Made by a program: the position numbers and the translations under genes
Shown here: positions 14,801 through 26,539 of the stretch, piece by piece
Position numbering within the stretch: position 1 is the first letter of the stretch
Layout of the letters: every line of letters begins with the position of its first letter
Notes under the pieces: model-generated
Told to the model about the DNA's origin: nothing
Database searches by the model: none
Seen by the model: only the letters and a program-made list of their open reading frames with translations
NCBI GenBank assembly: GCA_973895155.1
Contig: OZ316895.1
Coordinates: 8,482,184 to 8,546,183, forward strand
Reading direction: 5' to 3'
DNA: 64,000 nucleotides
DNA from: Marsupella aquatica
Lineage: Eukaryota > Plantae > Marchantiophyta

Positions 14801-15339
14801 AAGCCTTAAAAACTAATCGACATTCCTAAAAACTTCAGTCAGCTTCAGAAATAATCGACATTCCTAAAAACATTACGACAAGCCATTATTCCTAAAAACA
14901 TTACGTTACATTACCAACAAGCCATTCTTCTACAAAATCAAAGTGAATGAGATTCATTAAAGTTACGAAACATGTACAAATATTTCTCGCTACCTAGTGA
15001 GCTAGAATTCGAAAGAATACAGGCTGAAGACGCAAGCACTGACCTAGATCCAGGGCCACCCGAGAACGCGACCAGAACCTTGTCGGATGACACGACCAAA
15101 CCGTTATTATTCACGGCGGTCTTGAATTTCGCAAGAAGGCTCGCGTGAAGGCAATCGGCGCAAATTGGCTCAGATTGATTCCCTACTGCAAGCGCTGCAG
15201 ATCGCTCTTTGCATTTGACGCACAGACTCGGTCTGCTTCCTTCAATCCTTCGCTCAGGTAGCGGACTGTCACACGAGCAGGCACCTCCACATCCTCCTCC
15301 TCCTCCTACGTCGCCGCAATCGTGGCTAGAACATGCCAT
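11804..15339 (-). CDS. CTU2: Cytoplasmic tRNA 2-thiolation protein 2; 7 exons: 15339-15044, 14635-14221, 13939-13853, 13555-13434, 12738-12645, 12539-12091, 11855-11804
   Basis: Family motifs MACSS..C, LCVKCK..ICADC, KVLVAFSGGPGSR, GKEDLLEYLRM..IQKVAQEEGYTKVVLGLC, KGRGYSLPADIQY.DARW, LQEENPSREHAIVRTAAKL, CPIC and CCPSC. GT-AG introns with consistent phases. Confidence 0.93.
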
Positions 15340-15541
15340 TGCTGTGTGTTGAAACCAACCCGCTATACAATTTTTGCCAACGAGGCAGAGAGAGCAATTC
15401 CGAGCAACGACAAAATGAGAATTCCCTCCTCTCTTCGCAACACCCACATCGAGGCAACAATCTTCAATTTCCAACTCCTGTTTCGCAGCTGCGAAATCCT
15501 ATCCGCTAACTAACGACATGAGGAGACCTTCAACACCAGAC

Positions 15542-15780
15542 GAAGAATTGATCGAGCTCGGATTTTGCCTTAGGAGCTTCGATTTCAAAGGAGACTGTCA
15601 TCCCAAGGGGAACAATTGGTCGAGCTCAGATTTCACTTAGGGGAGAGCTTCGATTTCAAAAGAGACAGTGATCCCAGAGGATGAATTGATCGAGCTCGGA
15701 TTTTGACTTGAGCAGAGCTTCGATTTCAAAGGATAACTTCATCGCCAGAGGAAGAAAGCTTTGAGCTCGGATTTTGATCG
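15542..15780. repeat. About 70-bp tandem repeat, about 3.5 copies, upstream of the CTU2 start codon
   Basis: Unit gaattgatcgagctcggattt...gagcttcgatttcaaa..gac...catc at about 15542, 15610, 15682 and partial 15752. Confidence 0.9.
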
Positions 15781-15802
15781 AAGGAGTCGTTTCATACGAA
15801 AG

Positions 15803-15848
15803 GGCTAGGGTTTAGGGTGCACGGGGATGCGGGCCCTTTTAACCCTGG
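15803..15848 (-). promoter_or_regulatory. Telo-box (AAACCCTA) plus site II-like GGCCC upstream of CTU2
   Basis: ctagggtttagggt and gcgggcccttt about 470 bp upstream of the CTU2 ATG; further telo-boxes near 16047-16088. This combination is typical of plant translation-related gene promoters. Confidence 0.5.
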
Positions 15849-16131
15849 TTGGACCTTCCTAACTAAGGTTAGTAAACTCACGGTTAACAGTCTTTCCAAA
15901 GTGAAAGAACAAAAGAATGAGGTAGTCTTATTCCACAGAAAGTTTGTTTCGCCCATCCCCATGGAACACGCTACCTCACTTTACACCTGAAATTCACACT
16001 AAGGGGCTACTTTTAAAAGGGCAATCCCCTTGTGAGTGAGTAGTGTTTTAGGGTTTAGGGGAGGGGGCGGGTTTAAACCCTAAACCCTCCCCCTCCCCAC
16101 CCAAATAGTTTTTCCAGGCACCCCGCCCAAT

Positions 16132-19100
16132 TGTAAAGTGCTGGCTTTTTGGCAGATGTGGTGCATTTTCCAAGACCTCTAACCCCAAGAACTACCCGCA
16201 ACCGATCATAAACCACTCGTTTACGTCCGTCCTCTTGCCGTATGGCAGCTATTCGGCTTGGAAACGCGATCCTCTCCTTTGATCCACACTTGCCGGACCG
16301 ATTCTTTCATTGGGCTTGTGAATTGTGCACAACTGAGACACCTAATTCCTCTTTAACTTCTTCAGGTATATTTGTATTCCGCCCCCGGAATGTACCCCTA
16401 CGGCTTAATTTCTTAAGCCGGCTGAAGGTCTTTTTCAGACGGACTCAACCCACACTTCACCGACTAAACACTCTCAATCCTCACTTTTCTCTCAGAGTTT
16501 GATTGGGCAGTCTCCAATCAAGACAATGCGATTGTACTTTGCTCAACAGTTCACCCTATCTGACTTAAATCGATCAAGCAACAGATATTGCAACACTCAA
16601 CTTCTTGGATGGCAAGAATTTGTGAACTAGGCAATGAGGCCAACTCAATTCAAACAATTGCTCAGAAATCCAAGGGAAGTGGTGGTTTACTGATACCCCG
16701 CGGTCTAGATTTAGCCGAGAGCTTCCTGTGCTCACAACAATACAGATTTTTCACTAAAGCCTTGACTAAGAAAACAACCCCTCCCAGCCACGCTGCCCGG
16801 GTTTTTATCCTTGCAGCGTGACTGAAAGAAGCGCAGAAAGCCTACCCCAGCAATCCTGACCTGCCACCATGATAATCCTTTTTATTTTACAAAAACAAAA
16901 CTAATCTGCCTAAGCCGGAAACCCGATGGATCTGGACCTCTAACACAATCGAACTATTCAAGCCGTCAGAGCGCTACTTGCCCTGTCCACATCCTACAAC
17001 GGCCGCGCTCTCCTGGCCCAAGCCCTTCTCCTTCCGCCACGTCCTCCTTCCAACTGACGACTGGCCCGCCTTAATTGTCAGATGACCGGTGGTAATCCTG
17101 AGCTGTCCGACTCTGTACCTTCCCCTGTACCCAGCTTCGGCTGACTCCCCTCGGCCACGTTAACTACGGCTTCGGGTTTGGCCTCGGCTTCATCCTCATC
17201 GGCAACGGCCTGGAGAGCCTTTGCCTTAACTTCCTCAATCCAAGTCTACTCTCCAATGCGCTCGGTCTCGATAACCCACGGCTTCACGTTCTGGGCGTCC
17301 ATAGAAGCAGTACCATCGTCTGAACCTGTCACCGCAGCTCCAAGTTGATCCGCAGTACTTACCTCTACCACAGCTGCCTTCAGGGCCATAGTACCGCAAA
17401 TGTGAGCGGCCATGCTCTCGACTTCCTCCGGAGTGGCTTTAAGGGGCTTAACTTTATTATCGCCCGGCCCCATGAACGTCTTTGCCAAATCTGCCACCAA
17501 CTGCATGGCTTTGCCCCCAGTCACGCTTGACAACAGTGAGCTCGGCTTCCGCTTCGGCTTCACTGTATTTATGTGTACCATACTACTGACGGGAAGCCTT
17601 TCAGTTGGTGACCCATATCCCGCTTCAGCATACTTCTTCAATTTCTCCATTTGATTGTCGGCACGCCTCTGCAACCCGATCATCTTATCCTTGGCCTCCT
17701 CCAACTCCTGAGATACGTCTTCAACTTCATCGTTAAGCCGTAGTATCTCAGCCTTGGCCGCCTTCAGCTCCTCATTTAAAATCTGCACGATCTCCAACTC
17801 TTGCTTATCTACGGCTGCCTTCAAGGAGTTATTGATGGTTTCCAGCTTCGTGACCTCCTCTTTCCATGCCATCTTTGTCTTCTCTATATCATCCTGAAGC
17901 TCCTTGCGTATTTGCTGGGCTCGGCTTAGGTGATCATTGGCCATTGTACTCAGGGCGTCCTCATGTTTCTCCCGCATGGCATCCAACCGATCAAGTAGCT
18001 TTTCATGCTTCCCTTGGGCTGCGGCCAAGGCCTTCTTGCTCTGAGTGGTCTGGTCTTTAGCCGCCTACCTAAGCCTATTGACTTGCCGATTAAGACCCTG
18101 TACCTCCTCCTTTGCATCAGCTAACTCCAGCTGCACCTTTGTCAATTTCTCTTTAATGTGTTGGTTATCCAATTGGTACTTTTCCAATTGGTTGTTCGCC
18201 ATCTCTAATTCCTGCTGCTTAGCCAAGAGATCCTGCTATGCTTGTTGATTCACCCTTGATTTAGCCACCTCTGCTTCCATGCTGCGAAGCCGAGCGATCA
18301 CTTCCTCCTTCAATCGCTCCAATGTCATTGCCTCCTCCAGTCTCGTCTGATCAGCCACTTCTTTTCTAAGAAATGGCCCGGATTCCAACTCGTTGCCGAA
18401 GATTTCTAAGGCTAAGAGTCCACACATGTCTCCATATTCCTTAGCTCGATTCCTTGCATAGTTTGACCTCCCAGGTGATACTGGCATATGCCATCGGGGT
18501 CGTCTCTCCCAAGCCTCCTCCCTCAGCTGATCGAAGTCAGTGAGAGGTTCGGCCTGCTTCTCACTAAGCCATCTTATTTCTTCCGGCCAGTCTCCTCCTG
18601 GTAGCTAGCATTCCTGTTTTGCACTCCGGGCCCCCCATTCCTTAATCCTCTCTTGTAGCCCGGCTTCAGCTTCCTTCATCTTGTCAAATTCTAATGGCGT
18701 CACATCTGGTGGAGGAGATTATGGTGTTTTCTAGTCCTCCGGCTTGCCATAGAAGACTGCGGGAAGTCTTCTACAAAACCTTCCCATCATTCTAACTCCT
18801 GGCACCGGCCTCTCCCCGTGATCGACATAATCGTCATCGTAGTCATCCACATTAACCTGACTTCCTAGCATGTCGGCCTCTTCTTCAAAGCCCCCGATCT
18901 CTTCCTCCGAATATTGTTGGGCTGCTGCTGGTTGATTTTCCTCCACAAGTCCCTCCACTTGGGCTCTGTTAGAAGCTCTAAATACCGGCCTCTCCTGGCT
19001 TCAGCTTACCTCCTCATCTGTCTCCGAATCCATTCGCTCGTCATATTTCTTTCTCTCTTCGGTAGTCATCTTCCTCTCGACCAATTGGATGGCTGCATAT

Positions 19101-20650
19101 GGATTATTACGAGTAGGCCGGCGCAACGGATTTCTCACCACATCGTAGGTTACTACCTTTGGCTCCTTGATAGGGAAATGCTCCCGTTCTCGTGTTGCCT
19201 GTGTTGCCGACCTCTTCCCGTGGCATCATTTGCTTAGAGGCTCCTCGTCCTCCTCCACCTCCTCAAGTGGTGCAGTGATCGGCATCCGCTCCTGTATAGG
19301 CAACACCGGTGCAAAAGACTGGCTTCTTGCATATCGGCAAAGTAATTGCAGATGGTACCCTAGTCTGAATACTGCTCCTTCCCCAATGCTCTGCTTTTCT
19401 TCATTTAATGCCTTCTTCAACTGCATTAAAAGATAGCCATTGTAGTCTCGGCTTGAATCGATATTCTCCACCAAAAATACTTGGGCTTTGCCGATTTCTG
19501 CTCTCGGCAAGGTACAATGCAACGTGACTCTCAAGAAATCAATCAGCTGCCCTATATGTGGGTTGGTACATTAATTCCTGAAAAACCCATTCTTAGTGGA
19601 AGGCCCTGGAAATGACCTGAACTGGTCATCCGGCAACATCTTCCTCTGCTCCACCTTAGTCTTCCTTCCTGTTGGTAAAGCGAAGACGGCTTTGATAAAC
19701 GCAGGTGTTAGTTCGAACACCTTTCCATACAACAGCGTCGTGTTGGAAGAAGCCTCCCAGCATCCCACGAAGTCCAATAGATCCTCATCCAGTATGTCTA
19801 CCATCCTCCAAGACAACTTGACAAAGCCCTTCAACCCTGTGTCATTCATATATCCTGCATATTTATTATCCTGAATGGCACTGAAGACCTCATCCTCATC
19901 TCTTGCGAACTGTAATTGTAAATCGGCAGGTAACCTGTCCGCCCACCCTGTCATGGTTTTATCCTCTACAGCCCGATCTCTAACTGGCCCGGCCTCCATC
20001 TTGATTGGTCTCTCTGACCTAGTTCGCTTTGCTGGAGTTGCGGATGCCGAACTTCCATTGCGCTTCCTCTCTTCAACACCTGAATACTCCCCAAGAATAG
20101 CTTCCTTAGTCCACTTCGCACTATGACCCTTCAATTCCCAACGTGGCTGCCCTGCGTTCTTGATTGCCTCCCTAATCCCCACGACCTTATTCTCCTGAAT
20201 CAGCAATTCGTCAAGCTCCGCACTGGTGGGTGTCCACGAGAAATTTTCCAACACCTCCTCCGTATCTACAAATGCCGTTTTGTGAGTTCCCCACAATCGC
20301 GCAAGCTCCGCTCGTTCTCTAGCTGCGCGCTCCGACTCAACGTCTTCATATGTAGATATCAGCTGCCTTGCTTCTTCAAGCAAACAGCCCCAAAACTTCC
20401 CTGCCTGATTCACCGTGTTCATTCCACCGAATGCCAAGAACTTGCGCAATCTCCCAATCCACCACATGCACTTGACTGACAGTCGCTCCTCAATGTCGAG
20501 ACCGTGTACACGAGAATGCCAAATGGCAGAGTATTGGTCTCTTCACTCCGAAGCCGCCACTTAGGAGTCTTTGTGATCAAGCATGGATTTAGGTCATAAC
20601 TCAAAATCCCGCCGGATCTCAACCGTTGGATCCTTTCCCTTATCATCTAA
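16132..20650 (-). mobile_element. Degenerate retrotransposon-derived element with a long decayed accessory ORF (plant transposon/Athila ORF1-like domain plus long coiled coil); right end not located
   Basis: Collinear minus-strand ORF fragments 20467-19571, 19534-19226, 18958-18731, 18487-18236 and 18028-17246, separated by stops or frameshifts. Clear homology to the ORF at 22861-24513 (LH..PR.EI..AQV..VEN). Left end tentatively at tgtaaag (16132). Confidence 0.7.
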
Positions 20651-22323
20651 TACGTAGTAATCAGCATCGGTCTTTATTGTTACCTTATACTCTTTATCTA
20701 TCCTTATTTAGCCATTATTTTAGGCTTAATTATTACTTCGTGATCCTGGCAAGGCATCACAACAGACTTGCTCATTTGACTTTTGGAAAACCTTTGCATT
20801 TATTTGGAGAATTTTGGGATCTATGTTGGAGCTCAAAATCTGCTAACATGTTCTTTGATGTCCATTGTATTTTACCTGACAAAGTTGGAGATTTTTCTAA
20901 GACCGTGTGCTCTATTGCTGATGACTGTAAAATTGGTCACATTTTATAATCCTGTTGTCAGCGGAAGCATCACTTTTGTTTGTGAAGGACACCCCAAGTA
21001 ATTTGTGCATGAGCAACAACTTGCCAGTTAGGGGAAGGACTCTTCACTTGTGACACCCCGAGTAGTTTGTTTAAACTTGCCAGTTTGAGGAAGGAAATAT
21101 CAATTTTGTAAAAGGACACCCTATGTAATTTATGCATTGCAACGACTTACCACCTCATAAAAAATGGAAACTGGCTGCAAATGGTCTCAGCTTTGGAAAT
21201 TGATGGGGGCTTCTTCAGAGCAAATTTCCCAGTCCATCCAAGCCGAGCTTAGTATTCAAAGAGAACAAACCAATTCAAAAGAAGAGGGCAAATGAAAACT
21301 CTGAAAACTTGGGCAAACGAAAACTCAGAAAACCTAGACAGACGGAAAGTAGAGATAAAGGTTTCCACTGCAATAGAGGATGAGCTAATGGTTCACACCT
21401 AGTGCAACAGTGTGATGACTAATAGTGTCACAACGTCAGCCTTGGCCTTACTCGGGCTTCGGCTTAAATAGGCACATCCTTTGTCAGAATGAGGGTTCGG
21501 GCAGGGAGGGAGGCACGGAATGCACCCAACTTACATAAAATAGCGTTAAGTGCGCCTATCGTCATATACAGATACCTCCTAGGTATGATTTGTGTTCCGC
21601 CGCCGGAACGTACCTCAATCGATAGCAGGATCGACCCTGGCTTAAGGGCCTCTAAGACTTCGTATTGTCCGCCTTCGATCCGGATTTTGGTGGTATGGGT
21701 GCTCAACCCGGGCTCGCAACCACGTACACGCAAGCTGCACCCCGTGCACTACTTGGGTAGTGCGTTCGGCCAAGCGTTGGCACCTATACACGAGATTCAC
21801 ACACATACATATGCACAAGCATAAAATCTTGATTTATACAAAGGAAATAACAGGAAGGGATTTTACTCCATAAGAGACATATGCGTACACTTAGTTGACC
21901 CGAATGCTCTGGAGTGACCAGGTCCGAGGCCGAGGGTGTACACTACAATGGAGCCCGGCTCCGCACTCGCCCAGCGAGCTTAGTCTTACACCCTCCCCTT
22001 GGTACTCTTCCACTCCCAGAGGTCGGGGCTCCCCGCACATACCGCGGATGTCCAATACTAAGACTAAAAAAACCCCCCGCCTGCCTCTATCGAGGGGTGC
22101 ACTAAATACTAAGGGCCGAGGAACGGAGTGTCCTCCCGCCCAAAGATTTGCTGACTTAGGTCCTAACTAATCTGACTGTCAGGCCGAAAATGGTTGTGTC
22201 TTATTAGAAGATCCTAACCTACGCAGGTTGGACAGCATGGCGGTGCTGTTTTAACTAGGGCAGGTTCCTGTCCCCATAGTCTGATTTAGCTATTCCTAAC
22301 CCTATTCTATTCCTACTCCGTTG

Positions 22324-24957
22324 CTAATGCCTGGCACGCTTGCCAGAGCCGCCCGAGTGGGAGCAGTCATCCCGCTGCTTACGAAGTCTGTCGTTGTCCG
22401 CCTTCAGGAGCTGGACCTGGTCCAGTAGAGATTTGTTCTCTCGCTTCGCCGTGTCCGTCTCCTCCGCTGCCTCCTGGCATGCCTCCTCCAACTGTTGGGC
22501 GTCGCTCGTCAGCTTGCCCGCCAGCTGGTCCTACTTCTCGGCTTCGGTTTGGAGCCGTGCCACTTCGGCCTGTAGCGTGGCTATCTCCACAGTGTCCCAC
22601 TGGGCCCGTTCTTCGGCCTCCTCCAGGTCTTTCTGCTAGATGACAGTTTGATTCTTCAAACTGTCAATCTGGTTCCGGAGTCGTGCAATCTCGGCCTCGT
22701 TCCCAACTTTGGCCTATTCGGCTAGAACAGTAAGGGTGTACGCCTTTGCTAACAACTCATTGGCGGCTGCAACCTTGGGTCGTAGTTGCAGAAGCTCAGC
22801 CTCTTGAGCTGCAACTTCATTCTTTAAGTATACGGACTCCACCTGGTACCGCTCTATCCTCTAAAGGGCCTCTGACTGGGCCCGACCTGCCTCCACTACG
22901 GCAACCAACTCCTGATTGAAGAAACAGGCTACCTTCCGGGCCATGAACTCCCCGATATCCCGGGCAATTTGATGAGAGAAATCTCCCAGAAGCCCGTTTA
23001 GAAATGTACCCGGTACGAAGAGTTCCGGGTGGTCCAGGTTGTGCCTGTCCGGAGTTGGGCACGGGCAGACGTCAACACGCGCGGGGGCCAGGGCAGTGAC
23101 ATCCAGCCCTGGGGACGTAGTGTTGGAAGGGGTTGGAGTGTCCTCCTGCAGCAATGTCCGGTTCTCCGGAATAGCCACCGGTGGGTCTTTGGGAGACCCA
23201 GGCTCGAGTAAGGCCTCCGCTGTACCGACTTCTGTACTTGGCCCGGCCTGTTGGATCGCATCTACGGTTGCGATAACCGACCCATCCGGTACCTCCTCGG
23301 TTACGACTACAGCTACTTGTGGAGGTGGGGTGGGTGAAGCCTGCGTGTCCGCTGGACTTCGGGCCTCGGGTTGGGGCCGTCTCTCCAAGGCCGGGAAAAC
23401 CCACCTAGCTGGGACCAGCTTTGTAACGTTGACACGGGGAAGGGTTCGTCGATCAAACCGAGCGTACCACTCGAGAATGATCTCGATGTGGCTAGCGAAA
23501 TACGCCTTCCCGCCAATGTATAGCGTCTTCCTTCGCCGCTCCATCTCTTGGAATTTCTTAGCGAAGTACGACGCCCACTTCCTAGGTCGATAGTTCTCGA
23601 CCTGGATAACCTGGGCAGCGGAGATCTCCCCCCGGGGTTCCATCATGTGGAGGGCGTACCTTTGGAACTCCAGTCGCTCAGCTATCTCGGGGATGAGGCA
23701 GGTCCTCATCACGAACGCGTTGTCCACTGCTCCCTCTGAGGGAAAACTCGAGGATTGGTACTTGGCTCCCTTGCCCCCGGGAGCCCGTGATTCGACTCGA
23801 TGGTCACCTTCGGGTAACCCGAAGATCATCTTGAGCCATTCTTCCGTGAGGGACATATTCCTTCCCCGCAGCCGAGTATGTTGACGTGCGTCATCATAAT
23901 TCTTGACAAATTCCGTCATGTCCTCCCCGTAGTACCTACAAGTGTTCCAGGGGAGAGAGGCGAGGTGCTCGAATCCCTGAGTCTTCAGATACACTGCATG
24001 CTTGGGATGGAGGATGTTTTTATGCACGTTTTCCACCATGCGGTGCATTATCACCTTGGCCACGGCTATCGTGGCCAATGGTAACCCGGATGCAGCGACG
24101 GGTTCCTTCCTCTTCTTCCCCCGTGACTGGCTCGGGGAGGGTGACACCTCCCCATCCTCTCGATCGGGCATAGGTAGTGCTACTGCCGTTAGTATTGGGC
24201 CCAGGGCGGCCACAATCACCGTGGTGTCTGCTGGAGCCGCTCCTTGGGTCCGAGCATGGGGAGGGGACAATGTAGTGTCGGCCCCCTGAGTGTTTGCTCC
24301 TCTGGGCCGCCTGAGCAAGGATGGGGTAGCCTCGTCGTCGTCGCTAAGGTCCACAGTGTTGATGACGGAGCATACTTGTACTGGCGGGGCGATCGGCGGT
24401 GGGGGTTGGCTAGGCTGAGGCTGAGACTGAAGTTGAGCCTGAGCCTGAGTTGGTGCGGGTACTGGTATGGGGTCGACTGGGCCGGCGCCGGCGGTTGAGG
24501 GTCTAGTTCCCATGAAGCTCTGCAGGTGCTAGTAGAAGTTCTCCGAAGCAAGTGCAGACGGCCTTGTCGAACGAGTAGTGCTAGACTCGCTGTTGATGAT
24601 AGCCCGAACCTGAGCGGGGATGTGGTCGAAGTGATGTCGTTGCAAGTCGATCGTACCCGGGATATTGAAGACCTCGTCCGGAAGCCAAAGCAATGCTTCC
24701 CAGAAACCGATATATTTGTCTCCGTTGAAGAAGTACCCAGATACCTCTGCTGGTCGGTAAAGCTCGCTCTGAGACGGGTAGTCAAAGTTAAGGATATAGT
24801 GGTGTCGTCCTGCTAGGCGGATGGCTCTCTCGTACTCGCGTTCGATTTCATATCGGCGCGGGTTGGCGTGTTTCAATGAGTCGGCCAAGTGTCTTCTGGT
24901 AGATAGGAACTGCGTCCAGAATCGAATGGCCGAACTGGAGAGGATCGTGTGCGACAT
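22324..24957 (-). pseudogene. Element-encoded protein of about 877 aa (N-terminal globular region, Pro/Gln linker, plant-transposon-protein-like domain, C-terminal coiled coil) interrupted by in-frame TAG stops
   Basis: ORFs 24957-24529 and 24513-22861 are in the same frame. Reading continues through TAGs at about 22714, 22636 and 22531 as a heptad-rich coiled coil to ...GKRARH* at 22324. The TAG at 24529 is CGG in the copy near 59066. Confidence 0.8.
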
Positions 24958-25057
24958 TCAGAGGAGATAGCAGTGGCGACTAAGAGCGAACGAGAGAGCT
25001 GGGGTCGAAGCTGGCGCGTGGACTGATGGACTGGTGCACTACAAAGGGTCGGCTCCC

Positions 25058-25065
25058 TTTTTATA
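25058..25065 (-). promoter_or_regulatory. TATA box about 100 bp upstream of the element ORF ATG
   Basis: ggTATAAAAAggg on the minus strand, conserved in the second copy at 59595-59602. Confidence 0.6.
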
Positions 25066-25809
25066 CCTTGAGGGCTTGTCGATCCCCCGACGTCTCCTCG
25101 TTGCCTATAGGCTGAACCGTTCACGCTTGTAGTGTACCGGCCACTCCGCCGGTCTGAGTCAGCGCGTGTCAATGGCCGCTTCCCTAAGTTCGTTATACGG
25201 ACCCGAGGGAGGGGCCCCTCCGCGCTCGCAACCCGGGCGTGCGAATGGCGACACGCCGCCAGTCCAAACATGAACTCCCCTTATTGACTAATGATTTCCT
25301 ACTCATAATGGTTACCTAAATACTGTCATTATGCTAATAATAGCGGCCTAAGATACCCCTAACGCGCGTGCTAAGCGCGGTCCAGACTGAATTACTCATT
25401 ACTCGCCGTACCGGCGGCGTCACAAATAGTCATTCAGATCTTGATTTCCTCACAGCCATTTTCTTTCCCTCTCAAACCTGCCTTCCGATGAAAAGGAGAT
25501 TATCATAAATTTTTGGTCATCATTCGCGAGAGCCTGCTTGCATGTGCGCACATTCACAAGATCTGATGGTTCTCCTTGATCTTCAAAAGATCTAACTGTT
25601 GATATTGATTAGGCAGGTATAATCTAACACAAACTCCTTTCTTGATTGGGGAGAAGTAGCCAATCTCCCTACTTTTCCAAGACACGAGAAAAACAACAGT
25701 ATCCCTTGCACTTCTCCCTGAGGGTGGATTGCCCTGGCCCATGGAAGTTAGAGGGGCTTCCACTAAGGTCACATTTCTGGACCTCATGAGAGATGATCTA
25801 CACTGTTCA

Positions 25810-26000
25810 CCAAAATTAGTTTGACTAACACTAATTCAAGAGCATCAATTTTCAGGGTTTAATTAGGAATTATTGTTAGTCACACTAATTTGATGTTAAC
25901 ACTATTTCCACACACATGAATTAGTTTTACTGCAGTCTCAAGAGTGGAACAATAGAAGGGAAAAAACTATTTTGAAAATTTCACAAGAATAGGTGTTATT
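25810..26000 (+). repeat. AT-rich dispersed repeat family, also present at 44265-44775
   Basis: Shared motifs ttagt.....cacactaatttga, tttcagggt and aataga.gggaaaaaa.tat.ttgaaaa.t.cacaagaat between the two loci. Confidence 0.7.
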
Positions 26001-26539
26001 TTGGACTCAATATCATCCATTTTTCAGTTGCAATTTAGACTAAAGTGCAGAAAAACTATTCTGAAAAGCTGACAAAAATCAATGTTACCTGGATTCAAAT
26101 CACTTTTACCAAAATTAGTGTCGATTGCTGAGAAACTATGGGTTTAGGTAAGGCTCCAGGGAACCTTAAACAAACAGTTGTGGACACTTGTGCTCTACCA
26201 CTTGACCACCCTTGGATGCGATGTGCATCAAACTGTATGATGCGGTGAGAAAAATTACTTTCTAGTTTAGGGACCTGTTCATTCATCTTCAGTTTAACAA
26301 GTTAATTAATTCAAATTCCATCTTTATGTACTACTAAATACTAAGCCATGAGTTCCCAGACTTTAGAAATGCTCAATTTTTCAACCTTTGTATTCCACTC
26401 TCAAACATAATACTTAGATCAAGCTTAACTCTATTCCTTATATGAAAAAGCTTTCAAGTTTGAAGTGACATAAGGTTGTTTTTGGCCAACAGTTCTCTAA
26501 CTCAAGAATTCCCAATCTCTTCACAGGTCAGTGGCAGTC

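Larger units (their letters stand above)
21426..25424 (-). mobile_element. 3,999-bp solo-LTR-like element (gypsy-type termini) with perfect 5-bp TSD AATAG, containing a long ORF
   Basis: aatag|TGTCACAACG...CGGCGTCACA|aatag. The right terminus is confirmed by the copy ending at 59916. No internal direct repeat, PBS or gag/pol seen. Confidence 0.85.

Noticed and set aside
15542-15780. CRISPR-like array
   Set aside because: Eukaryotic context, the spacer-like parts are homologous to one another, and no cas genes are present; it is an ordinary tandem repeat.
24514-24531. Bicistronic arrangement or programmed readthrough between the 142-aa and 550-aa ORFs
   Set aside because: The ORFs are in frame and the stop is CGG in the sister copy, so it is best explained as a nonsense mutation.
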